Origin: an uncultured Acidobacteriota bacterium
GTDB lineage: Bacteria > Acidobacteriota > Thermoanaerobaculia > UBA5066 > Gp7-AA6
Length of the DNA stretch: 64,000 bases
Direction of reading: 5' to 3'
Assembly (NCBI GenBank): GCA_963815865.1
Contig: CAWFIK010000003.1
Coordinates: 283,771 to 347,770 of the forward strand
In this document: positions 1 to 8,380 of the stretch, piece by piece
How positions within the stretch are numbered: the stretch's first letter is position 1
Layout of the letters: the number at the start of each line of letters is the position of its first letter
Program-made: the position numbers and the translations under genes
Notes under the pieces: model-generated
The model's input: the letters and a program-made list of their open reading frames with translations, nothing else
Database searches by the model: none
Told to the model about the DNA's origin: nothing

Positions 1-909
1 CGTCAGCTCGTCGGTCGAGACGACGCCGGAGAGCGGAAAGCCGCCGCCGACGCCCTTGCCGACGGTCAGGATGTCGGGGACGACGCCGTCGTGGTCCACG
101 CCCCACATCTTTCCGGTCCGGCCGAAGCCGGTGATCATCTCGTCGGCGATGAGAAGAGCGCCGTGCTCCTTCGCGATCGACTGGATCGCGGGGAGAAAGC
201 CCGGCGGCGGAATGACGTTGCCCGCCGTGCCCTGCATCGGCTCGACGATCACGGCGGCGACGGCACCCGCGGTCTGATCGCGGATCACGTCGCGAGTCTT
301 CTCCGCGCAGGCGATCCCGCAGTCGGGATACGTCAGCGAGAGCGGGCAGCGGTAGCAGTAGGCGTAGGGCGCGGAGTAGCAGCCGGGCGCGAGGGGGCCG
401 AGGCCCTTCTTGAAATCGCCCCAGAGGAGCGGCAGCACGCCGCCGGTCTTGCCGTGGAACGCGCCCGTGTATCCGACGAACTCGTATTTCTTCGTCGCGG
501 ACTTGGCGAGCCGGAACGCGGCCTCGACCGCCTCGGCGCCTCCGGAGAAGAGCTGGATGCGCGTCAGACCGGGCGGCGTGACGCTCGCGAGCAGCTCCAG
601 GAACTTCGCCCGCGTCTCCGTCGTGAAGCTCCCGAAGGTCAGACGCTCGGCCTGTTCCTTCAGGCGCGCGACGTAGTGAGGGTGACAGTGGCCGACGCTC
701 CCGACCGCGATGCCGGCGATGAAATCGATGTAGCCGTTGCCGTCCTCGTCGAAGAGGCGGCTTCCCCGGCCGCGGGCCATCGCGAGGCCCGAGTAGAGCG
801 CGAAGGATTGCAACCCCGGCGCCATGTGGCGCCCCTCGTCTTCAAAGATCTTCCGCGACCGCGGCCCAACGGCGTTCCCTTTCTTCGCATTCTTCACGGC
901 GTCCGTCAT
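1..909 (-). CDS. Class-III PLP-dependent aminotransferase, partial; the C-terminus runs off the window start. Last gene of the dxs-ispH operon; HpnO-like candidate.
   Basis: The minus-strand translation from ATG at 909 reads MTDAVKNAKKGNAVGPRSRKIFEDEGRHMAPGLQSFALYSGLAMARGRGSRLFDEDGNGYIDF...GAVAAVIVEPMQGTAGNVIPPPGFLPAIQSIAKEHGALLIADEMITGFGRTGKMWGVDHDGVVPDILTVGKGVGGGFPLSGV, typical of class-III aminotransferases including the PLP-lysine region (TVGKG). There is no stop before position 1. The start overlaps the upstream stop (ATGA at 906-909). Confidence 0.85.
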   Translation of the reverse strand, partial: MTDAVKNAKKGNAVGPRSRKIFEDEGRHMAPGLQSFALYSGLAMARGRGSRLFDEDGNGYIDFIAGIAVGSVGHCHPHYVARLKEQAERLTFGSFTTETRAKFLELLASVTPPGLTRIQLFSGGAEAVEAAFRLAKSATKKYEFVGYTGAFHGKTGGVLPLLWGDFKKGLGPLAPGCYSAPYAYCYRCPLSLTYPDCGIACAEKTRDVIRDQTAGAVAAVIVEPMQGTAGNVIPPPGFLPAIQSIAKEHGALLIADEMITGFGRTGKMWGVDHDGVVPDILTVGKGVGGGFPLSGVVSTDELT

Positions 910-1793
910 TCTGGCACTCCGATCTCGACGTGTCCTCGGAACCGCGCCGCCAGGTACGAGGCGATCCGCTCCGACGCGGTGTCGCGGTAGAGGGCGAAGC
1001 TCGGCCAGGCGTTCAAGTCGATGACGATGATCCTCCCGTCGCGCGTCGCGATCGCGTCGCCGCCGTAGACCTCGAGACCCAGCGCCGCGGCCGCCTGCGA
1101 AGCGGAGCAGGCGAGTTCCTGCGGGTCGAACGGATGACCTTCCAGGTTCTGGTCCCGGTGATAGAACCACTGGAACCACCCGCCCGGCTCCCTCTCGTCC
1201 GCCGTTGCCGGGAGGCCGGCGTCCCCCACGCCGTAGAACTTGATCAGGTCTCCCTGGATGTGCTCCTGGAGGACCGCCCGCTCGATGCCGCGGGCGCGCA
1301 TCGCCGCCAGAGCCTGGGCCAGCGCCGTCGGGTCCGCCGCGAACGCGACGTCGCCCGGCTTTGTGGCATGCACATCGCCGCGCTTGACCCAGCAGCCGGT
1401 CGGCGCCTCCTTGAACGATTTGCCGATAGGAATGGGAAGGTCGGTGGGGACGAGGACGCTCGCGGGAAACGGGACGTGGCAGCTCTCGAAGAGGAGCAGT
1501 GTCCGGTCGCGGTAGGTGTTGCGGATCGACGAAGCGCTGTTGACCTGGCAGACGCCCTGCTCCTGCCACCGCTCGAGCTTCTTGAGAATCTCCAGCTGTT
1601 CGCACATGACGAAGAGGAACGGCGGCGGGTTCTCGGCGGAGGCCGTCTCCTCGGCGGTCTTCAGCGAGACGTGGAAGCCTTTGCTCTCGAGATGCCGCGC
1701 GGTGGCCTCGAGGATGCGGGCGTCGTCCGTCTCGCGCCCCGGCGAATGCGCGAGCTCGCGGTAGATGCCCCAGCAGGCCATCGCGGGCGTCAT
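906..1793 (-). CDS. ATP-grasp domain protein (RimK-like carboxylate-amine ligase family)
   Basis: Translation MTPAMACWGIYRELAHSPGRETDDARILEATARHLESKGFHVSLKTAEE...GCWVKRGDVHATKPGDVAF...ERAVLQEHIQGDLIKFYGVGD...IIVIDLNAWPSFALY shows ATP-grasp fold hallmarks. ATG at 1791-1793 overlaps the nucleotidyltransferase stop (ATGA). Stop at 906-908 overlaps the aminotransferase ATG. Confidence 0.75.
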   Translation of the reverse strand: MTPAMACWGIYRELAHSPGRETDDARILEATARHLESKGFHVSLKTAEETASAENPPPFLFVMCEQLEILKKLERWQEQGVCQVNSASSIRNTYRDRTLLLFESCHVPFPASVLVPTDLPIPIGKSFKEAPTGCWVKRGDVHATKPGDVAFAADPTALAQALAAMRARGIERAVLQEHIQGDLIKFYGVGDAGLPATADEREPGGWFQWFYHRDQNLEGHPFDPQELACSASQAAAALGLEVYGGDAIATRDGRIIVIDLNAWPSFALYRDTASERIASYLAARFRGHVEIGVPE

Positions 1794-2500
1794 CGGGACG
1801 GTCTCCGGGTCGACAGGTCCGCCGCCAGGGCGACGTCCGCCGCGCGGTCCACGTCCACGACGGTCTCGATGGAGATTCCGCGGACGGTCTCTCCGCTCTC
1901 GAGAAGCCAGGCGAGGTACTCGCGCAGACGCCCGAGGGTCGGCGGGGCGGCCGCTTCCCGCGCGCGCCGCGAGAAGCGATAGATCCCCGCGGTGACGGCG
2001 TCTCCCGAGTCTCCGCCGATTCTCGTGATTCTTCCGTCCGCGGTCTGGCGGACCCAGAGCGGCTTCTCGTCGGAGACGAACGGAGTGACGGCGAGGACCG
2101 TCTCTTCCGCAGCGGCCGTCGCGGCCCTCTCCGCGAAGCTCACGAAATCCGCGCGCGGGCACCAGGCGTCCACCGTCGAGACGAGCGCCGGTCCGGGCGG
2201 GAGCACGCCCAAGATCTCCCGATAGCTCTCGTAGGAGGAGGCCGTCGTCTTGACGAGGATCTCGATCGGAGCGTGCGGGAAGCGCGACCGGACGAAGCGC
2301 GCGCAGTCCTCTTCCCGGGCATTGAAGATGATCGCGAGTGTCTCGACTCCCGCGGCGAGGAGATTCCCGACGGCGTGCTCGATCAATCGAACGCCCTCGA
2401 TCGGCACGAGGGGCTTCGCCATTTCCCATCCGTCCTCGCGCAGCCGGCTCCCGTCTCCCGCCGCGATGATGCCTCCCGCGCGGATTCCGGCGGGACTCAC
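1790..2500 (-). CDS. Sugar-phosphate nucleotidyltransferase (NTP_transferase family)
   Basis: GTG start at 2498-2500 gives MSPAGIRAGGIIAAGDGSRLRE...KPLVPIEGVRLIEHAVGNLLAAGVETLAIIFNAREED..., a G-x-G-x-R-L nucleotidyltransferase signature. The start overlaps the HAD gene stop (GTGA). Confidence 0.8.
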   Translation of the reverse strand: MSPAGIRAGGIIAAGDGSRLREDGWEMAKPLVPIEGVRLIEHAVGNLLAAGVETLAIIFNAREEDCARFVRSRFPHAPIEILVKTTASSYESYREILGVLPPGPALVSTVDAWCPRADFVSFAERAATAAAEETVLAVTPFVSDEKPLWVRQTADGRITRIGGDSGDAVTAGIYRFSRRAREAAAPPTLGRLREYLAWLLESGETVRGISIETVVDVDRAADVALAADLSTRRPSR

Positions 2501-3252
2501 AGGAACATCTCCGCGAGCTCGTCCAGGCGCCGGATCACCGGGTCCCCGGGACAGCAGGAGCGCCGTCCATTGGAATCTTCGCCGGCGAGCAGGACGTGGC
2601 GCATTCCGACAGTCCGGGCGCCGATCATGTCCCGCTCGAGGGAATCCCCGATGAAGACCGATTTCCCGGGCTCGACGGAGAGCTGCGAAAGCGCCGCGTC
2701 GAAGATCGCCCGATCGGGCTTGCGGCAGCCGACGATGGCAGAGTCCACCTCGGCGGAGAGGAGCTCATGGATCCCGATCTCCCGGCAGACGGCCGTGAGA
2801 TTCCCGTAGAAGTTCGAAACGATAGCGAGCTTGTAGCGCGGAGCGAGTCTGCGGAGAAGTCCGGCGTTGCGTGAGAGGCTCTCGAGGCAGCCGGCGCTGA
2901 AGCGCGCCGCGACGCGGGCGGCCACGGCTTCGCCGCCCGTCCCGAGACCGGCCGCGACCCCGCGGGCGAGCCGCCCGACCGTCTCCGCGAAGGGCAGCGA
3001 CGCGGGAACGGACCCTTCGATCGCGTCGTCCGCCGCGAAGAACGCCCGATCGAAGCGTTCGCGCGGGATCTCTTCCTCCTCCCGCCAGAGCCGGAAGAAT
3101 CGTTCCCGCCAGGCGATCCCCGGGCCGTCGAGCGTTCCGCCGAAGTCGAACAGCAGGGCGGTGATGCCAGATTTGTGATTTGTGATTTGTGATTTGTGAT
3201 TTGGGGATCCCGAGTCCCGAGTCCCGAGTCCCGAGTCCCGAGGTGTGGTCAC
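2497..3252 (-). CDS. HAD-superfamily hydrolase/phosphatase with a repeat-encoded N-terminal leader
   Basis: HAD motif I ITALLFDFGGTLD plus downstream RLAPRYKLAIVSNF and FIGDSLERDMIGA motifs. The only in-frame canonical start is GTG at 3250-3252, overlapping the upstream stop TGA at 3249-3251 (GTGA). This puts the heptamer arrays at 3171-3245 in frame, encoding TTPRDSGLGTRDSGSPNHKSQITNHKSG. Confidence 0.6.
   Translation of the reverse strand: MTTPRDSGLGTRDSGSPNHKSQITNHKSGITALLFDFGGTLDGPGIAWRERFFRLWREEEEIPRERFDRAFFAADDAIEGSVPASLPFAETVGRLARGVAAGLGTGGEAVAARVAARFSAGCLESLSRNAGLLRRLAPRYKLAIVSNFYGNLTAVCREIGIHELLSAEVDSAIVGCRKPDRAIFDAALSQLSVEPGKSVFIGDSLERDMIGARTVGMRHVLLAGEDSNGRRSCCPGDPVIRRLDELAEMFL
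3171..3245. repeat. Two adjacent heptamer tandem arrays: (ATTTGTG)x4 plus ATTTGGG at 3171-3205, then GATCC, then (CGAGTCC)x4 plus CGAGGTG at 3211-3245
   Basis: Directly visible. On the minus (coding) strand they read (GGGACTC)n then (CACAAAT)n. They fill the whole space between the hpnL-like stop and HAD motif I. Confidence 0.95.
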
Positions 3253-4325
3253 GACAGTCTTCTCGCGGCGACGGTTTCCCTGGCCTGCCAGTGGAAGAAG
3301 ACGAGGAGGCCGGGGACGATCCAGGCGAGCTCGCGGCCGCGCCGCGCGAGGCTGTAGGCGGCGCCGGGTCCCGCGCCCAGGCCGAGCAGCAGGAAGACGC
3401 CGACGCGGATCCCCTCCGCGCTTCCGATGCGGGCGGGAATGAAGAGGAGCATGTTGTTGAGCGCCATCGCGAGCGCCTCGACGGCGAACGCCGCGACCCA
3501 GCCCGATCCGGGGGAGAGGAGCCGCAGGATCACGTACGTCTCGACGAGACCGCCGCACCACCCGAGGAAGCACCACCCCAACGCCGCCGCGTAGCGCCCG
3601 CGATGGTTCCGGTAGAAGTCCTGAATGCGGCCGTCGAGCTCCCGGGCGGGCGCCTGAAAGCGATCGAGGCGCCGGGCGAGGAACTTCCAGCGCGCGAGCA
3701 GCCGGAGCACCGGCGAGTAGGTCCCGCGGCGCAGGCCCCAGGTCATGAGAGCGAGGAGGACGCCGAGACCGGCCGCGCCCGCGAGCGCCGCGAGCCGCGC
3801 CGCGAGCGGCATCGGGAACCGCCAGAGGGCGGCGCCGACGCCGAGCGTCACGAAGACCCACTGCGCCGCGAGGTCTGCATGCTTGTGAACGGTGAGGGTG
3901 CCGATCGTCCTCGCCGTCTCCGAGGCGCCGAGCAGCATGCGGGCCTTCAGCGGCTCTCCGGCCACTCCACCGGGCGCGAGGTAGTTGAAGGAGTCTCCTG
4001 CCAGATAGACGCCGAAGAGTCGGACGAATCCGGGACGTCGGGACGGGTTGAAGATCACCCACCAGCCGAGCGCGAACGCGGCCTGCGCCGCGGCGTACAG
4101 GACGACGAGGAGCGCGAACCAGCCGCCGATCCGCGCGAGGTTCGACGCGATAGCCGGCCACCCCACCGACCGGAAGAGGAGGGCGAAGAGCGCGAGGCCG
4201 GCGAGGAGCAGCGCGAATCGAACGGCTTCCCGGCCTCCGAATCGGCGGCGCCGGGGCGGCGGCAGGGCTTCGCCCGGGGCGAGGTCTCCCGCCTCGTTGC
4301 GATCGAGTTGCGACCCGGCCGTCAC
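3249..4325 (-). CDS. UPF0104 (lysyl-PG-synthase-TM-like, flippase-like) membrane protein; the family of hopanoid-associated HpnL
   Basis: A 358-aa polytopic membrane protein, MTAGSQLDRNEAGDL...FALLLAGLALFALLFRSVGWPAIASNLARIGGWFALLVVLYAAAQ...LNNMLLFIPARIGSAEG. It sits between ispH and the HAD gene in the same operon, the position HpnL takes in hopanoid clusters. Confidence 0.7.
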   Translation of the reverse strand: MTAGSQLDRNEAGDLAPGEALPPPRRRRFGGREAVRFALLLAGLALFALLFRSVGWPAIASNLARIGGWFALLVVLYAAAQAAFALGWWVIFNPSRRPGFVRLFGVYLAGDSFNYLAPGGVAGEPLKARMLLGASETARTIGTLTVHKHADLAAQWVFVTLGVGAALWRFPMPLAARLAALAGAAGLGVLLALMTWGLRRGTYSPVLRLLARWKFLARRLDRFQAPARELDGRIQDFYRNHRGRYAAALGWCFLGWCGGLVETYVILRLLSPGSGWVAAFAVEALAMALNNMLLFIPARIGSAEGIRVGVFLLLGLGAGPGAAYSLARRGRELAWIVPGLLVFFHWQARETVAARRLS

Positions 4326-4334
4326 GTTTTCCGC

Positions 4335-5327
4335 CTAGAGAAGGTCGGGCCGGCTCGACTTCAAGAGGTCTTTGAGCTCGATCGGGAGCGGGAAGTTCAC
4401 GTCCTCCTGCACCGTCTCGAACTCCTCGACGGTCTTCACGCCGAGCTTCTCGCGCGCGTAGTCCACGACTTCCCGCACGAGGATCTCCGGCGCCGAAGCG
4501 CTTGCCGTCAGCCCGAGGACCCGCACCCCGGCGAGCCACTCCGGTTGGATATCCGTCGCCCGCTCGATCAGGTACGAAGGGATGTTGTGGGCGCGGCCGA
4601 CTTCGCAGAGGCGCAGCGAGTTCGAGCTGTTAGGCGCGCCGAGCACGAGGAGCGCGTCCACGTGCGGCGCCATCGCGCGGACCGCGTCCTGCCGGTTCTG
4701 GGTGGCGTAGCAAATGTCGCCCTTGGGAGGGCTGACCATGTTCGGGAAACGGCGCTTCAGGACCTCGACGATCTCCCGCGTGTCGTCGAGCGAGAGCGTC
4801 GTCTGGGTCAGGTAGGCCACCCGGTCGGGATCGGGAACCTCGACCGCTTCGGCTTCCTCCCGATTGCCGACGAGGCGGATCGCGCCCGGCGCCTCCCCGA
4901 GCGTCCCGATCGTCTCGTCGTGTTCCTCGTGCCCGATCAGGATGATCGTGTAGCTCTTCTTCGCGTAGTGGATCGCCTCCAGGTGCACCTTCGTGACGAG
5001 GGGGCAGGTCGCGTCGATCGTCTTGAGCTTCCTGCGCCCGGCGTCGGCGCGAACGGTGGGGGAGATGCCGTGGGCCGAATAGATGAGCCACGATCCGTCC
5101 GGCACCTCGGTGACTTCCTCGACGAAGATGGCGCCTTTCTCCCGCAGCTCGTCCACGACGTAGCGGTTGTGGATGATCTCCTTGCGCACGTAGACCGGCC
5201 CGTCGCAGACCTGCAGGGCCCGTTCCACGACGTCGATCGCGCGCACGACCCCCGCGCAGAAACCGCGCAGCCCGGCCACGAGGAGTTTTTCGACCCGCAC
5301 GGCGCCGGGCTCCGACGCTACGACCAT
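4335..5327 (-). CDS. ispH: 4-hydroxy-3-methylbut-2-enyl diphosphate reductase
   Basis: A 330-aa protein with conserved LytB/IspH blocks GFCAGVVRAI, TCPLVTKVH, ICYATQNRQ and LVLGAPNSSNS. Confidence 0.95.
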   Translation of the reverse strand: MVVASEPGAVRVEKLLVAGLRGFCAGVVRAIDVVERALQVCDGPVYVRKEIIHNRYVVDELREKGAIFVEEVTEVPDGSWLIYSAHGISPTVRADAGRRKLKTIDATCPLVTKVHLEAIHYAKKSYTIILIGHEEHDETIGTLGEAPGAIRLVGNREEAEAVEVPDPDRVAYLTQTTLSLDDTREIVEVLKRRFPNMVSPPKGDICYATQNRQDAVRAMAPHVDALLVLGAPNSSNSLRLCEVGRAHNIPSYLIERATDIQPEWLAGVRVLGLTASASAPEILVREVVDYAREKLGVKTVEEFETVQEDVNFPLPIELKDLLKSSRPDLL

Positions 5328-7268
5328 GTCACCGTCTCCACCGCCTTCTCCTCATCGCGCGACGCGGGCGCTTTCCCTCCGGGCGCCGCCAGGCGCGCGA
5401 GCTCCGGATACAGGGCGAGGACCGTCTCCACGACTCCCGCCGCGTCGAGCTTCAGGTTGGCCCGCTGGAGCGCCTGCGGGCTGTGCTCGACGAACTGGTC
5501 GGGGATCGCATGGACCCTCAACTTCTCGGACGGAAGGCCCGCCGCCTGGAAGGCCTCGAGCACGCCGCTCCCGAACCCGCCCGCCGAAAGGTGCTCTTCC
5601 AGCGTGAGGATGCGCGGCGTCATGATCGCGATCTGGCCGAGCAGCTCCCGGTCGAGCGGCTTGGCGAAGCGGGCGTCGGCGACGGCGCAATCGATCCGCC
5701 GCTCCTTGAGCATCTCCGCGGCGGCGAGGGCCACCGACACCATCGAGCCGTAGGCCAGCAGACAGACATCCTTCCCCTCGCGGAGGAGCTCTCCGCGCCC
5801 GATCGGGACCGTCTTGAGCTCCGGATCGAGATCGACGCCGACTCCGAGCCCGCGGGGATAGCGGATCGTGAACGGCCCGCCCGATTCGATCGCGGTGAAG
5901 AGGAGGTGCTGCAGCTCGTTCTCGTCCCTCGGCGCCGCGACGACCATGTTCGGCAGGGGGCGCGTGTAGGCGATGTCGAAGATCCCGTGGTGGGTCTTCC
6001 CGTCGTCGCCGACGAGGCCCGCCCGGTCCGCGCAGATCGTGACCGGGAGGTTCTGCAGGCAGACGTCGTGGATCAGCTGGTCGAACGCGCGCTGCAGGAA
6101 CGTCGAATAGATCGCGACGACCGGCTTCCATCCGGCCTTGGCCATGCCGGCCGCCATGATCACGGCGTGCTCTTCGGCGATCCCGACGTCGTACACGCGG
6201 TTGGGGAAGCGCCTCTGGACCTCGATCAGGGCGGTCCCCTCGAGCATCGCGGCGCTGATCGCGACGATCTTCTCGTCCTTCTCCATCAAGCGCAGGAGCG
6301 TCTTCGCGAAGACCTGGGAGTAGGTGTAACGCACGCCCGGGCCGGCGGCCGCCGAAGGGGTGCCCGGCTGGTGGAACCTGGAGGGGTTTTCCTCGGCCAG
6401 GGTGTAGCCGCGTCCCTTGTGCGTCAGGACGTGGACGACCACGGGCGTGCCTTCGCCGGAGATGTCCTTGACGCTCTTCAGGGCCTCGTCGAGCTCCTCC
6501 AGGTTGTGTCCGTCCACGGGTCCGATGTACTGGAGGCCCATCTCCTCCCAGATCAGGTTGGGGAAGAAGAGCCCCTCGACCGACGTCTTGACCTTGCGCG
6601 CGATCTTCCACGCTTCCTCGCCCAGGGGGAGCTTCGAGAGGAGCTTCTGTCCCGCCTCCGTCAGCTTCTGGTACTTGGGATGGAGCATCAACCGGTTGCG
6701 CCAGTGCGCGAGCCAGCCGACGTTCTCGGAGATCGACCAGCCGTTGTCGTTGAAGATCACGACGAGCCTTTTGGGCTTCAAGTGGACGATGTTGTTCAGG
6801 GCCTCGTAGCTCGGTCCCGAGGTCAGCGCGCCGTCTCCGACCACGGCGACGACGTACGGCTCTTCCGGGGCGTCCTGGAGCGCGACCGCCATCCCGAGCG
6901 CGTAGGACAGGCCCGGTCCCCGCGTGTCCTGCCGCGAGCATGTCGTGCGGGCTCTCCGCCGGCTCGGCGAAGCCGGACAGCCCGCCGGGCGTTCGAATCG
7001 TCGGGAACCGGTCCCGCCGGCCGGTCACGAGCTTGTGCGTGTAGCACTGGTTCGAGGTGTCCCAGACGATCCGGTCCTTCGGACTGTCGAACGCGCGGTG
7101 GAGGGCCAGCGTCAATTCCACGACGCCAAGGTTGGAGGCCAGGTGACCGCCGGTCCGGGTAATCGTCTCGACAATGACGTTGCGACAGTCCTGGGCGACC
7201 TCGCCCAGCTCCTCGATGCTCAAGGCCTTCAGGTCCTGAGGGCCTTCAATTTTGTCCAATCGTGACAT
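5318..7268 (-). CDS. dxs: 1-deoxy-D-xylulose-5-phosphate synthase, interrupted by a single-base frameshift near 6909-6920
   Basis: The N-terminal frame starting at 7268 reads MSRLDKIEGPQDLKALSIEELGEVAQDCRNVIVETITRTGGHLASNLGVVELTLALHRAFDSPKDRIVWDTSNQCYTHKLVTGRR...GLSGFAEPAESPHD. The C-terminal frame ending at 5318 continues LSYALGMAVALQDAPEEPYVVAVVGDGALTSG...IAEEHAV.... The frames switch in a GGG/CCC run (minus-strand ggggaccgggcctgtcc). Confidence 0.9.
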
Positions 7269-7354
7269 GGGTCTCCTCGACGTCGCCCGCCGCGGCGTTT
7301 TGACGTCCTTGCCGAGCCCGTTCCCGGGCCAGAGCGGCTCGAGTTATCGCGCTC

Positions 7355-7400
7355 CTCCTAATATATCAGCTTGATAGCATTCGGGTTTCAGCCCGTATCG
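7355..7400. promoter_or_regulatory. AT-rich core of the dxs / ferritin-like divergent intergenic region (TAATATAT ... TTGATA); putative divergent promoters
   Basis: ctcctaatatatcagcttgatagcatt is the only AT-rich stretch in the 205-bp divergent gap. Hexamer assignments are weak. Confidence 0.2.
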
Positions 7401-7473
7401 AGTGTTGCAATTCCCCGGCCGGGCGTGCAATCTCCCGTCTCGGGAGTTGGTCGAGAGGAGGTCCGGCAAGGAC

Positions 7474-8136
7474 ATGGATGGCTTCAAGATCGGGTCGGAC
7501 GAACACGCCCGTCTCTTCTGCGGGACGTTCGTCGAGACACACCGTCCGTTCCGGGCAGAGGACATCGTCTGGCCGGAGCTCGACCCGGAGAGCCTGGCGA
7601 GGTTGAAGGGCCTTCCCGTCTGGGACGAGGCGGCGCGGACCGAGGCCGCCACGGCGGTCAAGGTACAGACTCTCGGGGACACCGAGACGGACCCCGTGCT
7701 CAAGGAGGCGATCGCCCTCCAGGGGTACGAAGAGGGGCGCCATGCGGAGATCATCGCCCTCTTGACGAAGGCATACGGGATCGAGACGGCACCGTTTGGC
7801 GAGCCGGAGAAGCCGAAGAACCCGACGTGGACGTTCCTGCGCACCGGCTACGGCGAGTGCCTCGATTCCTTCTTCGCGTTCGGCCTCTTCGACATCGGGC
7901 GCAAAAGCGAGTTCTTCCACAAGGACCTGATCGCGATCTTCGACCAGATCATGCAGGAGGAGGCGCGGCACATCCTTTTCATCGTGAACTGGGCGGCCTA
8001 CCTGCGCGCCCGAAAGCCGTTCCCGCTGCGGCCAGTGTTCGACGCGCGGCGCGCCTGGAACATCGTTGCCCAGGCCTTCGACCGCGTGAAGGGCGCGATG
8101 CAGATGGCGGGCGGCGGCAACGGGAGACGGCGGTGA
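7474..8136 (+). CDS. Ferritin-like diiron-carboxylate protein (two E-x-x-H motifs)
   Basis: ATG at 7474 is preceded by GAGGAGG. The 220-aa product MDGFKIGSDEHARLF...YEEGRHAEIIALL...IMQEEARHILFIVNWAAY carries two EExxH motifs about 80 aa apart. It is transcribed divergently from dxs. Confidence 0.6.
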   Translation: MDGFKIGSDEHARLFCGTFVETHRPFRAEDIVWPELDPESLARLKGLPVWDEAARTEAATAVKVQTLGDTETDPVLKEAIALQGYEEGRHAEIIALLTKAYGIETAPFGEPEKPKNPTWTFLRTGYGECLDSFFAFGLFDIGRKSEFFHKDLIAIFDQIMQEEARHILFIVNWAAYLRARKPFPLRPVFDARRAWNIVAQAFDRVKGAMQMAGGGNGRRR

Positions 8137-8173
8137 GAAGAATGAGAAGAAGGGGACACAAGACGGATTCACG

Positions 8174-8380
8174 TTGAAGAGCCACTCGGCCTTCGGCGAC
8201 TTCAAACTGCGCTCGTTCCTGGAGCTCTGCCTGGCCGAGAACGAGCGGCGCCTCTCGCCATACGACCCGCGGCTCCTCCGCCCGACGCTCGTCCCCGGGT
8301 TCGTGCGGCGCTTCGTGAAGGTCTTGCCGAAGTCCAGGCCGGGACGCGGGACTCGGGACGCGGGACTCGAGCCAAGGTGA
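8174..8380 (+). CDS. Uncertain 68-aa ORF (TTG start) whose C-terminus is encoded by the (GGGACGC/GGGACTC) heptamer array
   Basis: Translation MKSHSAFGDFKLRSFLELCLAENERRLSPYDPRLLRPTLVPGFVRRFVKVLPKSRPGRGTRDAGLEPR* has a plausible composition. The repeat-derived tail PGRGTRDAGLE matches the repeat-derived HAD leader PRDSGLGTRDSGS. It is in the same frame as the downstream 8423 gene, separated by TGA at 8378-8380. Confidence 0.2.
   Translation: MKSHSAFGDFKLRSFLELCLAENERRLSPYDPRLLRPTLVPGFVRRFVKVLPKSRPGRGTRDAGLEPR

Noticed and set aside
3171-3245. CRISPR array as an explanation for the short tandem repeats (also 8341-8420, 38862-38889, 62065-62173)
   Set aside because: The units are 7-8 nt, directly abutting with no spacers, and there are no cas genes. 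These are microsatellite-like arrays, not CRISPR.
3189-5753. 854-aa + strand ORF (and many others of 300-2600 aa, for example 49398-57197 + at 2599 aa, 10998-14102 - beyond the first 333 aa, 22620-26699 - upstream of 24656, 43583-46156 +)
   Set aside because: These are antisense or out of frame to strongly conserved genes. Their translations are Arg/Pro/Gly/Ala-rich and low complexity, with no recognisable motifs. They are expected stop-free shadow frames in about 70% GC DNA.
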